The position numbers and the translations under genes were made by a program. A stretch of DNA of 54,837 bases, counting the filler. It is 4 parts of 4 records of this genome, joined end to end, with 100 filler letters (N's around TTAATTAATTAA, not from the genome) between each part and the next. Parts side by side here need not be neighbours in the genome. Positions count along the whole stretch, not along the records: positions 1 to 9,089 come from SRR33789315_124; 3 more parts are not named here. The stretch is one strand, 5' to 3'. Within the stretch, counting starts at the first letter, position 1, and each line of letters opens with the position of its first letter. Below the pieces are notes generated by a model that was not told the DNA's origin, ran no database searches, and saw only the letters and a program-made list of their open reading frames with translations. This document shows positions 1-7,767 of this stretch, one piece after another.

Positions 1-24
1 AGTTCATGCCCATGCTGGGCGTAC
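1..24 (-). mobile_element. 5' end of a group IIC (attC-targeting) intron; remainder lies outside the window
   Basis: Minus strand reads ...TTTTTGT|GTACGCCCAGCATGGGCATGAACT. This resembles the GUGYGCCCGGCAUGGG start of class IIC introns, follows a TTGT (IBS1-like) 5' exon end and sits at the R'' end of an attC-like hairpin. Confidence 0.7.
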
Positions 25-76
25 ACAAAAACTTGAAGTTGGATGGCACTACGTGCCACTACTTAAGTCGTTAATG
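25..76 (+). mobile_element. integron attC-like recombination site, interrupted at R'' and degenerate
   Basis: AC-AAAAA-CTTGAAGT (L'', one extra base) ... TGGCAC-TAC-GTGCCA hairpin ... ACTTAAG (L') -TC- GTTAATG (R'-like). The L'-R' spacer is shorter than canonical. Confidence 0.55.
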
Positions 77-84
77 CATTAATG

Positions 85-137
85 AGACACCCATTGTAAC
101 AATTGTCAAAAAAATTATCGAATTACAGTGGGTGTCT
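85..137. repeat. 15-bp inverted repeat (REP-like hairpin)
   Basis: AGACACCCATTGTAA (85-99) pairs with TTACAGTGGGTGTCT (123-137), 1 mismatch. Confidence 0.7.
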
Positions 138-186
138 TCGCAATTCTCCCTTATTCCCGCAATTTTCTTCGCAATTTCTATTCGCT

Positions 187-310
187 GTCCCTAAGTTAAT
201 GGCGGCTCCCATAAGCCATCTCGCTGTCGAAAACTGATATAGATATGATTATCACCGTATCCGCTGTCTCTTTCGCCATCCCATATAATGTAAGACTCAT
301 TTGGAGCGCT
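187..310 (-). pseudogene. remnant of a PD40/WD40-like (TolB-type) beta-propeller protein
   Basis: Minus strand translates APNESYIIWDGERDSGYGDNHIYISFRQRDGLW, then after a frameshift GAAINLG. No start codon or intact ORF. Confidence 0.5.
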
Positions 311-464
311 ATTCCAAATCAAACTATGATTTAGTGACTGATTACTAGCCGCAAAATTAATGACTGAAATAAGGTTAAGAACGAAGTCAGTGCATTGACT
401 CTCGGCATAATTGTGTTGCTAGTGTTAGTCGACAAATTTAAATTTAAATTTAATTTACTCTTCA

Positions 465-496
465 TGTAAAAAAATCCCCAAACATTTACATAACCC
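465..496 (+). promoter_or_regulatory. palindromic operator/promoter motif, copy 1 (TGTAAA-N14-TTTACA)
   Basis: TGTAAAAAAATCCCCAAACATTTACATAACCC, 26/32 identical to the copy at 4269-4300, just upstream of the first module gene. Confidence 0.65.
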
Positions 497-523
497 CTTC
501 TACTACATCATTGGAGTTGGGTT

Positions 524-1081
524 ATGAAAATAAATATACACAAATTAAATCACTTAAGGCCGTTATTAGCTGCGACATTTGCTCTGTCGGTTACTGCCTG
601 TTCGAGTACTTCAGACTATCAGCGGCCGGTGAGTATTGTGGTTCAGGAACCGCAGCGTCCAATGAGTATTATTTCTCAGGACTGCCAGTCACAAGCCACT
701 AATATTGCAAATTACGCAGAAACATCTGAGGTGGCAGTTCAATACCTTACCGCTGCGCGGGCTTTACAAAGTTGTGTTAATAGCCCTTTGCCCGAAACCT
801 TGAATACTGATCAAGCGCAGCAATTGATGCATTTAATGGCCAGTGTGACGTTTAATTATATTAAAGGCGGTGATGTTAGCGCTGCTTACCAACAATTACA
901 GAAATTTGAACAACAGTTTCCTCAACAGGATTTGTATTTTGCTGATTATAGTTCGTTTCTTGATACCGCAAATGCACTGTTACAAGGGGCTCAATTGTCC
1001 TCTCGACAGCTAGCCAGTTTAAATATTAGTCGAGAGCTGCGTGATGAGTTGCAACGTCAGCACTATTGGTTAAGTCATTAA
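524..1081 (+). CDS. putative outer-membrane lipoprotein, helical (possibly TPR-like)
   Basis: Signal peptide with lipobox LSVTA-C26, Ser at +2; GGAG RBS upstream; 185 aa. Confidence 0.75.
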   Translation: MKINIHKLNHLRPLLAATFALSVTACSSTSDYQRPVSIVVQEPQRPMSIISQDCQSQATNIANYAETSEVAVQYLTAARALQSCVNSPLPETLNTDQAQQLMHLMASVTFNYIKGGDVSAAYQQLQKFEQQFPQQDLYFADYSSFLDTANALLQGAQLSSRQLASLNISRELRDELQRQHYWLSH

Positions 1082-1090
1082 GGAGGCGCT

Positions 1091-1969
1091 ATGAAACTCA
1101 TACCTAAATCTTTCTATCTGGCTATTTTTGTGAGCCTTGGAATGGTCACAATTATATCTCCAACCAAAGCTTTTGCCGCAGCCCCAAGTGATTGGCAGCC
1201 TGTGGCGAGTGACAAACTTATTACTTTGCCAGCCAATATAATTGAAAAACGCATCGAGCAGGATTTTAGTGCCTCACCCATGGCGTCTCGGTTAGCCGAA
1301 ATTGATGAACAAATGCAAAATAGTACTCAACGCATTCAGGCATTGCAGAAGGATGAGCAAAAAGCAGAAGGAGAGGGTCTTGATAACCTTCAATATGAAT
1401 TAGTGCAGGAAAAATCTGCCTACTTAGATCAACTGCAAGAAAGCCATCAACTGCGTAAACAAGCCTTAATTAAAAAACAGCGTTTATATGAAGACGTGCT
1501 AGTTCAGTTTCGTAACCAACATGCTGGTGTTGATAGTCAGGTTAGAATTCAAATCAAACGACAACAGCAAGATGCACTGAGCCGAATGGAATCAGTCATG
1601 GCGCAAGTTGACCAAAACTTAATGCATAGTGGCTATCAGAATGCTTCTCCATACGCTGACGAATATGCCAGTAACTTGGCTCAAATTGAGCAGCTCAAAA
1701 CCAAAATCAATCAACACAAAGCCAATGCTGCACCGATGATAGATGGTGCTGAAGTCAGTTCAGAAGAGTATATCCGCCAGTTGTTACACGATGCTTCGAT
1801 GCACCATTCTTTGCTTGATCAAGAAGGACTAATGTTGAGCTATATGGCGCGTTTGGTCGCCCTAGATGCCCAAGCTCTGGAATACAAAATTGCCTACGGT
1901 GACGAAGATATTAAAGCGACTAAACCACAGGTTGCTAGGGCCAGTAAGGCCGTTGATCTGTTTTTATAA
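1091..1969 (+). CDS. exported coiled-coil protein of unknown function
   Basis: Signal peptide ending AFA-A; long Q/E/L/K heptad-rich helices; AGGAGG RBS. Confidence 0.75.
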   Translation: MKLIPKSFYLAIFVSLGMVTIISPTKAFAAAPSDWQPVASDKLITLPANIIEKRIEQDFSASPMASRLAEIDEQMQNSTQRIQALQKDEQKAEGEGLDNLQYELVQEKSAYLDQLQESHQLRKQALIKKQRLYEDVLVQFRNQHAGVDSQVRIQIKRQQQDALSRMESVMAQVDQNLMHSGYQNASPYADEYASNLAQIEQLKTKINQHKANAAPMIDGAEVSSEEYIRQLLHDASMHHSLLDQEGLMLSYMARLVALDAQALEYKIAYGDEDIKATKPQVARASKAVDLFL

Positions 1970-1980
1970 GGAGTAACACA

Positions 1981-2376
1981 ATGATACGTTTACATGCAAA
2001 AAAATGGCTTTTAGCTTCTATGTTATTGGTGGCTTTTAGTAGCCAAGGGAGTGCCACATTTAGTTTAGAAAATTTGGAGCGTGAGCGAGCTGCATTATTA
2101 AATATATTGCTAGATAAAAATTTAAGTGTTGAGCAACGCATACAAAAACAAACCTCTATTTATCGCCGTTTGGTGGATGTTGAGCGCATGGTATTAAGGG
2201 ATGAACGCATCGCCAACGGCGACAAAACTTTAATTAAAAGAGCATTTGCTAATTATGACCTAACCTTTTTGGTGCATGCCAGTGCTGAGAAAAATGCGGC
2301 CCCGCTGCCCCATTGGTTAAATCAAATGGGTATTTCGCAACAGGCTATTGATAAAGGCCGAGTAGGGCAACGCTAA
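1981..2376 (+). CDS. small exported protein of unknown function
   Basis: Signal peptide (KKWLLASMLLVAFSSQGSA); AGGAG RBS; stop overlaps next start (TAATG). Confidence 0.75.
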   Translation: MIRLHAKKWLLASMLLVAFSSQGSATFSLENLERERAALLNILLDKNLSVEQRIQKQTSIYRRLVDVERMVLRDERIANGDKTLIKRAFANYDLTFLVHASAEKNAAPLPHWLNQMGISQQAIDKGRVGQR

Positions 2377-2873
2377 TGAAAGCCTTAACCCTAAGCAGAA
2401 TGTTAAGCAGGGGGCTATTTATTTTAGCTGGATTTGCCCTTGTGTTTCTGGCTGGTCTTAGCTTTGTTACCGATATGCCATTAGCCGTGATGCTTAACTG
2501 GGCACAAAAGATGTTTGGCTGGAGCTTTGTGGGTTTGTTTTCAATGTTATTGGCGCTTGGTGTCATAGCCGCATGCAAATTGCGAGACACTGGTCGCGCT
2601 TCATTGTGGTTTGAAGTAGGACAGCATGCAGCTAATGGTATTGCCACGCTCGCCCTGACCTTTACTTTACTCGGTATCAGTTTAGGAATTGGCTCGTTGT
2701 CTGAGCAAACCCTTTCCCCTGAGACAATTCAGAACATTATTGGTGATATGACACGGCAGTTTTCTATGGCATTTATGACCACTGTAGTGGGCTTGCCTGC
2801 CGCTAGTTTTATTAGAGCATGGGTGGGAATTCAATATCAAACCACCTTAACTTATCAGGAGATAAGTCAATGA
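2376..2873 (+). CDS. MotA/TolQ/ExbB-family proton-channel-like membrane protein (short form)
   Basis: About 4 TM segments; LALTFTLLGISLGI and FSMAFMTTVVGL align with the two Thr-containing channel helices of ExbB/TolQ. Confidence 0.7.
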   Translation: MKALTLSRMLSRGLFILAGFALVFLAGLSFVTDMPLAVMLNWAQKMFGWSFVGLFSMLLALGVIAACKLRDTGRASLWFEVGQHAANGIATLALTFTLLGISLGIGSLSEQTLSPETIQNIIGDMTRQFSMAFMTTVVGLPAASFIRAWVGIQYQTTLTYQEISQ

Positions 2874-3334
2874 AAAAGACCTTATTTGTACTTATAGTCA
2901 TAGCGGCAGGGATTTACTTGGCCAGCCAAACAGACAGCGGCCAAGCATTGGTTAAAGGCTATTTACCCAAGCAGAAGATTGACCAAGCTGCGGAACAATT
3001 GCTGCAGCAAGTGGAGTCACGGATCCAAGATTTTGCTGATCAGCAGGCTGACAAGCAGCAAGAAAAGTTAACAAAATTAGAGCTACGTATTGTGCAATTG
3101 GAACAACAAAAACCGAATGCAAATATTTTGACGAATCAACCCGCCAGTGAAGTTGTGGTTCAAACTAAAGAGTCTGAACTACCCGTTGAAATTGCACCTG
3201 AAGTGCCGGTCTATTCAACGTTTAGTAAGCAGCCAGCAGACAACATTCAATTGCAAGCTAAAAAGCAAGCCTTGCTACAAGACATCGCATCACGGATGGA
3301 GTTGGTATCGGTCCAAGCAATTAATAGCCAGTAA
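2870..3334 (+). CDS. membrane-anchored periplasmic coiled-coil protein
   Basis: Likely start ATG 2870 (ATGA overlap, AGGAG RBS); MKKTLFVLIVIAAGIYL anchor; Q-rich coiled coil and P/E-rich linker. Confidence 0.7.
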   Translation: MKKTLFVLIVIAAGIYLASQTDSGQALVKGYLPKQKIDQAAEQLLQQVESRIQDFADQQADKQQEKLTKLELRIVQLEQQKPNANILTNQPASEVVVQTKESELPVEIAPEVPVYSTFSKQPADNIQLQAKKQALLQDIASRMELVSVQAINSQ

Positions 3335-3355
3335 TTAGAGAAACGGGGCGACACT

Positions 3356-4243
3356 ATGTTTGTGTTGATTAAACGCGGCGCATTGCTCATTGGAATTGTT
3401 ATTGCTGTTATTGGTTTTTGGCAGCTAAGCTCTTGGTGGTATTGGCTTGCGGAGCTTGAGCAGTTGCGGCTGCCGCCTATTATTGAGCAGGCTTTGGATA
3501 AACCCTTAACACCAACATACATGGCACACGCTAATGCCATGTCGATAGTTAGCCCAGTGCCCTTGCCAGCACCCCAATTACATCGAGTATCTCAAAATTT
3601 ACCTACGGCCCAAGTCAGCGAATCTAAAGCAAAGTCATCCAGCATAGACTCCAAGTCATTGGGTGGTAAAGCTAAGGGGCTTGAGGTTAAGGGCCCTGAC
3701 AGTATTGTGCCAGGAGCTAACAATAAAAACAACGACAGCGCGGCAATTAAACCTGCTTTGAAAAGACAGAACGTCAGTCATGCAGATATAGATAATGTAT
3801 ACCAACAACTTCATTCAAATCAGAGTTTAAATATACAGTTGGTTTGGCCTCGTGAAGAGAAGCAACGAGAACAGATTATCGAGCATCTATATCAATGCAC
3901 CGCAATGCAATTTGCTGTTTTGAAGGATTCACAGCTTATTTATGTCTCACCTACACGTTATGTAAAAACGTCTCAGTGGTTACGTGTGGCCCAAGGCGCC
4001 TTGAGTCAAAGGGAAAAAAAATGGCTGCAAGGTCAAAACGGCACACCTGTAAGGTTGTTTGCTCAGTCTATTGACTGGAAATTGTCGCGGATGATTGCTC
4101 GTAACTTAAAAAATACTACACTGCGCTCCTTGCGAGCTGACTATATGCTTACAACTTCAGGACTTATGTTGACCAATATTAATTTGAATGGACTACATAT
4201 TAATGAAAATTGGCTACTCGATGGAACACCAAAAAACTGTTAA
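3356..4243 (+). CDS. single-pass membrane protein with long P/S/K-rich linker and C-terminal globular domain (TonB/TolA-like architecture)
   Basis: N-terminal TM, low-complexity linker (PVPLPAP...SKAKSSSIDSK), folded C-terminal ~150 aa. The TonB likeness is architectural only. Confidence 0.6.
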   Translation: MFVLIKRGALLIGIVIAVIGFWQLSSWWYWLAELEQLRLPPIIEQALDKPLTPTYMAHANAMSIVSPVPLPAPQLHRVSQNLPTAQVSESKAKSSSIDSKSLGGKAKGLEVKGPDSIVPGANNKNNDSAAIKPALKRQNVSHADIDNVYQQLHSNQSLNIQLVWPREEKQREQIIEHLYQCTAMQFAVLKDSQLIYVSPTRYVKTSQWLRVAQGALSQREKKWLQGQNGTPVRLFAQSIDWKLSRMIARNLKNTTLRSLRADYMLTTSGLMLTNINLNGLHINENWLLDGTPKNC

Positions 4244-4268
4244 ATGCTGATTTTAAGCACTAATGAAC

Positions 4269-4300
4269 TGCAAATTTATCCTCAAACATTTGCATAACCC
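4269..4300 (+). promoter_or_regulatory. palindromic operator/promoter motif, copy 2 (TGCAAA-N14-TTTGCA)
   Basis: TGCAAATTTATCCTCAAACATTTGCATAACCC in the gap upstream of the ExbD-like gene. Confidence 0.65.
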
Positions 4301-4315
4301 TTTATGGAGGACTCT

Positions 4316-4744
4316 ATGCAAATACATCAGATAAACGATACAAGTACGCAAGCTATGACAGAAGTCGCTTTGGGTTTAAGCATGGCGTTTTTTGCTCTAT
4401 TAATTCTAGCTTTAATGTCGTTTCAACTACCCAGTCTAAAAACCGACGACAACACTGAATTATCAGGGGCTGATAAGGTTAAAGTTGAGCATAATTCAAC
4501 GCTGGCTTCAACAAGTGAGTCTGATAAGCAATATTTACTTTACTTTCGCGAGCAATTTTACGATTTACAGTTGCTCCCAGTGGTTATTGGTGAAATTCCT
4601 GAGGAGCAAGATTTGATTGTGGCGGTGGAGAGTTCGACGTCCTTTGCCAATGTTATGAGTTTGCGTCAAAAAATAAATCGCACCAACCTGTCTATAACAG
4701 TCATTACACAAGAATGGCTTGGGTTGTTGGAGCAAAAACGGTGA
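4316..4744 (+). CDS. ExbD/TolR-like membrane protein
   Basis: Probable start 4316 after GGAGG; single N-terminal TM (AMTEVALGLSMAFFALLILAL); C-terminal LIVAVESSTSFANVMSL resembles the ExbD periplasmic fold motif. Confidence 0.65.
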   Translation: MQIHQINDTSTQAMTEVALGLSMAFFALLILALMSFQLPSLKTDDNTELSGADKVKVEHNSTLASTSESDKQYLLYFREQFYDLQLLPVVIGEIPEEQDLIVAVESSTSFANVMSLRQKINRTNLSITVITQEWLGLLEQKR

Positions 4745-5517
4745 TCCGTAGTTTATGTTTAGTAATGTTTTTATGGCATTTGCCGGTTTTTGCCGGTGCA
4801 TCTACTGATTCTGAACAAACAGCGGCAATAAAAAAAATGTTAGTTGATGAAGCGCTGTTACAAAACTTGCCTCCTTCATTAATTCTAGCGGTCGCCAAGG
4901 TTGAATCAGATTTCAATCCTATGGCTATAAGCCATGTAGGTGCCAAAGGAATCATGCAAATTATGCCAGAAACTGCAGTGAAAGAATTTGGTGTAAGTAG
5001 TGAAGCGCTTTACGATCCGCAAACTAATATTCGTGTCGGTGTGCGTTTTATTAAACATCTGTTAGGTCAATACAATGGCAAAGTGGATATTGCGCTTTCC
5101 CATTATAACGGTGGCTCTGGGGTACGTATATCTAAGGGTACAACCAGAATCATTCCCAGCACTCAATCCTATGTCAAAAAGGTACAACACTATGCCCTAA
5201 GCTACCAACGTGCTGGTTATGACAGAGATTATAAAGGACAGTTGGCTAGGCTATCTGAGCGACAACAAATAATAGGACAAGAAGGACTCAACACTAAAAC
5301 CAGTGGTAATAACACTGTGGAGATGATTGAACCTGATGATTTTGCAGATGAACGTATTGATGTATTAAAAGATATTCAGTTGCATAACTTAACCCGCGAA
5401 GCTGGCCCACGTTTAAATGCGTCTATGGCCGTTCAGCAGAAAGAACAACGACGAGAGACTAAGTCGCAAGCTGATAAGCGTCGCTTGGTTCTAGGTTGGG
5501 AAGAAATATTTAATTAG
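4741..5517 (+). CDS. SLT-domain lytic transglycosylase
   Basis: Catalytic VESDF, GIMQIMP and ALSHYNGG motifs; signal peptide after a GTG start overlapping the upstream stop (GTGA). Confidence 0.9.
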   Translation: MIRSLCLVMFLWHLPVFAGASTDSEQTAAIKKMLVDEALLQNLPPSLILAVAKVESDFNPMAISHVGAKGIMQIMPETAVKEFGVSSEALYDPQTNIRVGVRFIKHLLGQYNGKVDIALSHYNGGSGVRISKGTTRIIPSTQSYVKKVQHYALSYQRAGYDRDYKGQLARLSERQQIIGQEGLNTKTSGNNTVEMIEPDDFADERIDVLKDIQLHNLTREAGPRLNASMAVQQKEQRRETKSQADKRRLVLGWEEIFN

Positions 5518-5595
5518 AACAAATACATAAGTTTAGGCTTGATAATTTCATTTTTTAAATTACATTGAAGCGACGCAAAAATTGCTGGAGTTTTG

Positions 5596-7221
5596 ATGTC
5601 TACAATTGTGGGTTATGGGGTTAGTGATACCCTAAAAAGCCTATTCGAGGGATTGCGACAGACGACAAAAGAAGATGGCGTAACGCCTGTTTATCACGAC
5701 AAAGATGTAAGAGAACTCGCCAAACATCTGTGTTGTCGCAATTATGGCTTTTTGTGTTGGGAGTTGCTTCACTTATATTGGGCCGTGGTTCACGCATATC
5801 CATCGTTTCGAGGGCAAAATAGCTGGTTGAACTTTTTTTGGATTGAGCGCCCTTTTTCCGCTAAAACCTTTAGATCGGCATTTAGTCAGGGCGCCAGCTG
5901 GCAAGGTGGAGAAGTCAAAATGGAGAGTGAGGCCTTAAGTATCGTTATCGGCCCCGCTAAATTTGCTATTTCTCCAACAAGAATCAGTTTGTTAGCGACT
6001 TTTAACGAATTTTTACTCAGTGTCGATTCAGGGTTAATCCAAGGTTTTCAAACTGAATTAATTCATTCTGATATAAATAAAGTTAAACAGCTTTCTAATC
6101 AATTGCAGACGGTACTATATGAGTTTTTGAAAACACATATACCTGTCGCCCAACAGCAAACACGCTTTCGGTATTTTGAAAATTGGCTGAAAAATGCCGA
6201 TTTAAGCCCAGAAAATGTAAATGATGGGGATATTTTTCAGTTTTGGGTTAGAGCAAGTGAAGACCCAGACGCAGAAAGTTATAAACGCTTTCATACCGCA
6301 TTTTTTGATGTTTTGGATAGTTTGACGGCCTTTAAAGTCGTGGACTCGCAAAATGGTGCGGCGTATGCGCAAACCATTGGGGGTGACTTCCAAAAGGGGG
6401 AATTAGACGCGGGTGATTGGCAAGAAAGCTTTGCTACAGACAGCAGTAATGAAATGTCAGTGAGTAACTTGGCAAATTTAGCATTTGAAGATGTTGATGA
6501 AAACTTTGATGTAAATAGTTTGAGTAAAACACCTAAGTGCCTTTCACAAAATGAAATCAGCGCCATGCTTTATCCAATGACTTACTCGGTTTATGCAGGC
6601 AGATTTTTACTTTCTTTTTTACGTCTTTATGTGTTTGACAAGTGGCAAGCTGTGATTATTCAGGCAATGCGCAAATCGAAATCATCTGTATATGAAAAAT
6701 TACAACAGCCTCCATCAGACACTTATGGCACTTATCTTCAATTATTAGATTCATGTAATGAGTCATTGGTTTTTTCACGAGACTGCTTGCTGCATATATT
6801 ATTGCAGATTGAACCTAAAGACGCCTGTTCAGAACTACTGCAAGGACTGTCCAAAAGCACATTAGCTGATATTGCTTTGTGGATGCATGAAAGTGACACT
6901 CAATCTGACATGAATCATTTAGCCAAAAAACTTATTATGGGTTTTCCTGAATTTCGTCGGGCGGTAGAAAATTGTGAAATAGCGTACAGAAAAAATAATA
7001 AAGCAGGTTTTAAGCAGCTAACGGAAGCTATTGACCCAGAAATTTATTTAGAAACCTTAAATAAGGTTAATAAAACCACAGCTAAACTTGACAGCTTTAG
7101 ACTTAAAATTAAGCAGTTTTTGATTGATGATCTTTCATTGGAAACAAAATTTTCCTCAGATGTTTGCATATTCACTAGTAGATTTAATTCGCTTTATGGA
7201 GACAATAATGCAGGGGAATAA
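5596..7221 (+). CDS. large cytoplasmic helical protein of unknown function
   Basis: About 540-aa ORF with GGAG RBS before ATG 5596; no signal peptide, TM or catalytic motif that I recognise. Confidence 0.75.
   Translation: MSTIVGYGVSDTLKSLFEGLRQTTKEDGVTPVYHDKDVRELAKHLCCRNYGFLCWELLHLYWAVVHAYPSFRGQNSWLNFFWIERPFSAKTFRSAFSQGASWQGGEVKMESEALSIVIGPAKFAISPTRISLLATFNEFLLSVDSGLIQGFQTELIHSDINKVKQLSNQLQTVLYEFLKTHIPVAQQQTRFRYFENWLKNADLSPENVNDGDIFQFWVRASEDPDAESYKRFHTAFFDVLDSLTAFKVVDSQNGAAYAQTIGGDFQKGELDAGDWQESFATDSSNEMSVSNLANLAFEDVDENFDVNSLSKTPKCLSQNEISAMLYPMTYSVYAGRFLLSFLRLYVFDKWQAVIIQAMRKSKSSVYEKLQQPPSDTYGTYLQLLDSCNESLVFSRDCLLHILLQIEPKDACSELLQGLSKSTLADIALWMHESDTQSDMNHLAKKLIMGFPEFRRAVENCEIAYRKNNKAGFKQLTEAIDPEIYLETLNKVNKTTAKLDSFRLKIKQFLIDDLSLETKFSSDVCIFTSRFNSLYGDNNAGE
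7143..7174 (+). promoter_or_regulatory. degenerate third copy of the module motif
   Basis: AACAAAATTTTCCTCAGATGTTTGCATATTCA, 22/32 identical to copy 2, about 35 bp upstream of ATG 7208. Confidence 0.45.
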
Positions 7222-7741
7222 ACGTAAGTTGGCAGAGGCTATATTTTCTGTACGTACGTCTTATCGTGAACTAACAACAGCTCAGAATGACGCTGCCATC
7301 GTATTTAATGATCTATTATGTTTGGTTAATGGTTTTCGAGAAGAAAATGCTGAGTATATACTCCAGCAAATAAATCAGGATGTTAAACTGTTTAGTCAAT
7401 ATCGCGATTTGGTGCGTCAACGTCACTATGATCAAAGTCTTTCGTTGGCTGCTGCCAGTTCAGGCTCTGATTTACCTGTTAGACAAACAGATAAATTCGT
7501 TTTGAAATTTAAACGGGATAGAATGGTCCCAAGTCAAATATTCGCTATTTTGTTAATTACCCATCCCTCAGAGCGACACAGTGTCAGTGGGGTAGTGATC
7601 AATATATTTAGCCAAGATATCTGTGAACGAATACATTTTCCTGCGGTAATTGACGGTCATTCTCAATTATTATTTGAACAGGATGATCCAAAATTGAAAC
7701 TGTTACTGGATGCCAACGCTGAAATTAGTATCATGCGCTAG
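7208..7741 (+). CDS. cytoplasmic two-domain protein of unknown function (candidate protease substrate/anti-factor)
   Basis: Start 7208 with GGAG RBS; helical N-half, LAAASS linker, beta-rich C-half. Confidence 0.65.
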   Translation: MQGNKRKLAEAIFSVRTSYRELTTAQNDAAIVFNDLLCLVNGFREENAEYILQQINQDVKLFSQYRDLVRQRHYDQSLSLAAASSGSDLPVRQTDKFVLKFKRDRMVPSQIFAILLITHPSERHSVSGVVINIFSQDICERIHFPAVIDGHSQLLFEQDDPKLKLLLDANAEISIMR

Positions 7742-7767
7742 CGATGGGTCAAAAAGGAATAAATGGG

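Noticed and set aside
434-457. AAATTT tandem run as a CRISPR or iteron repeat
   Set aside because: Short low-complexity AT tract with no spacers; at most an UP-element or bending sequence.
2376-4744. Calling the motor pair Zorya (ZorA/ZorB) or a standard TonB-ExbBD/Tol-Pal locus
   Set aside because: No long ZorA tail, no OmpA-like domain, no ZorC/D/E, no TonB-dependent receptor, and no intact TolB or Pal in the module.
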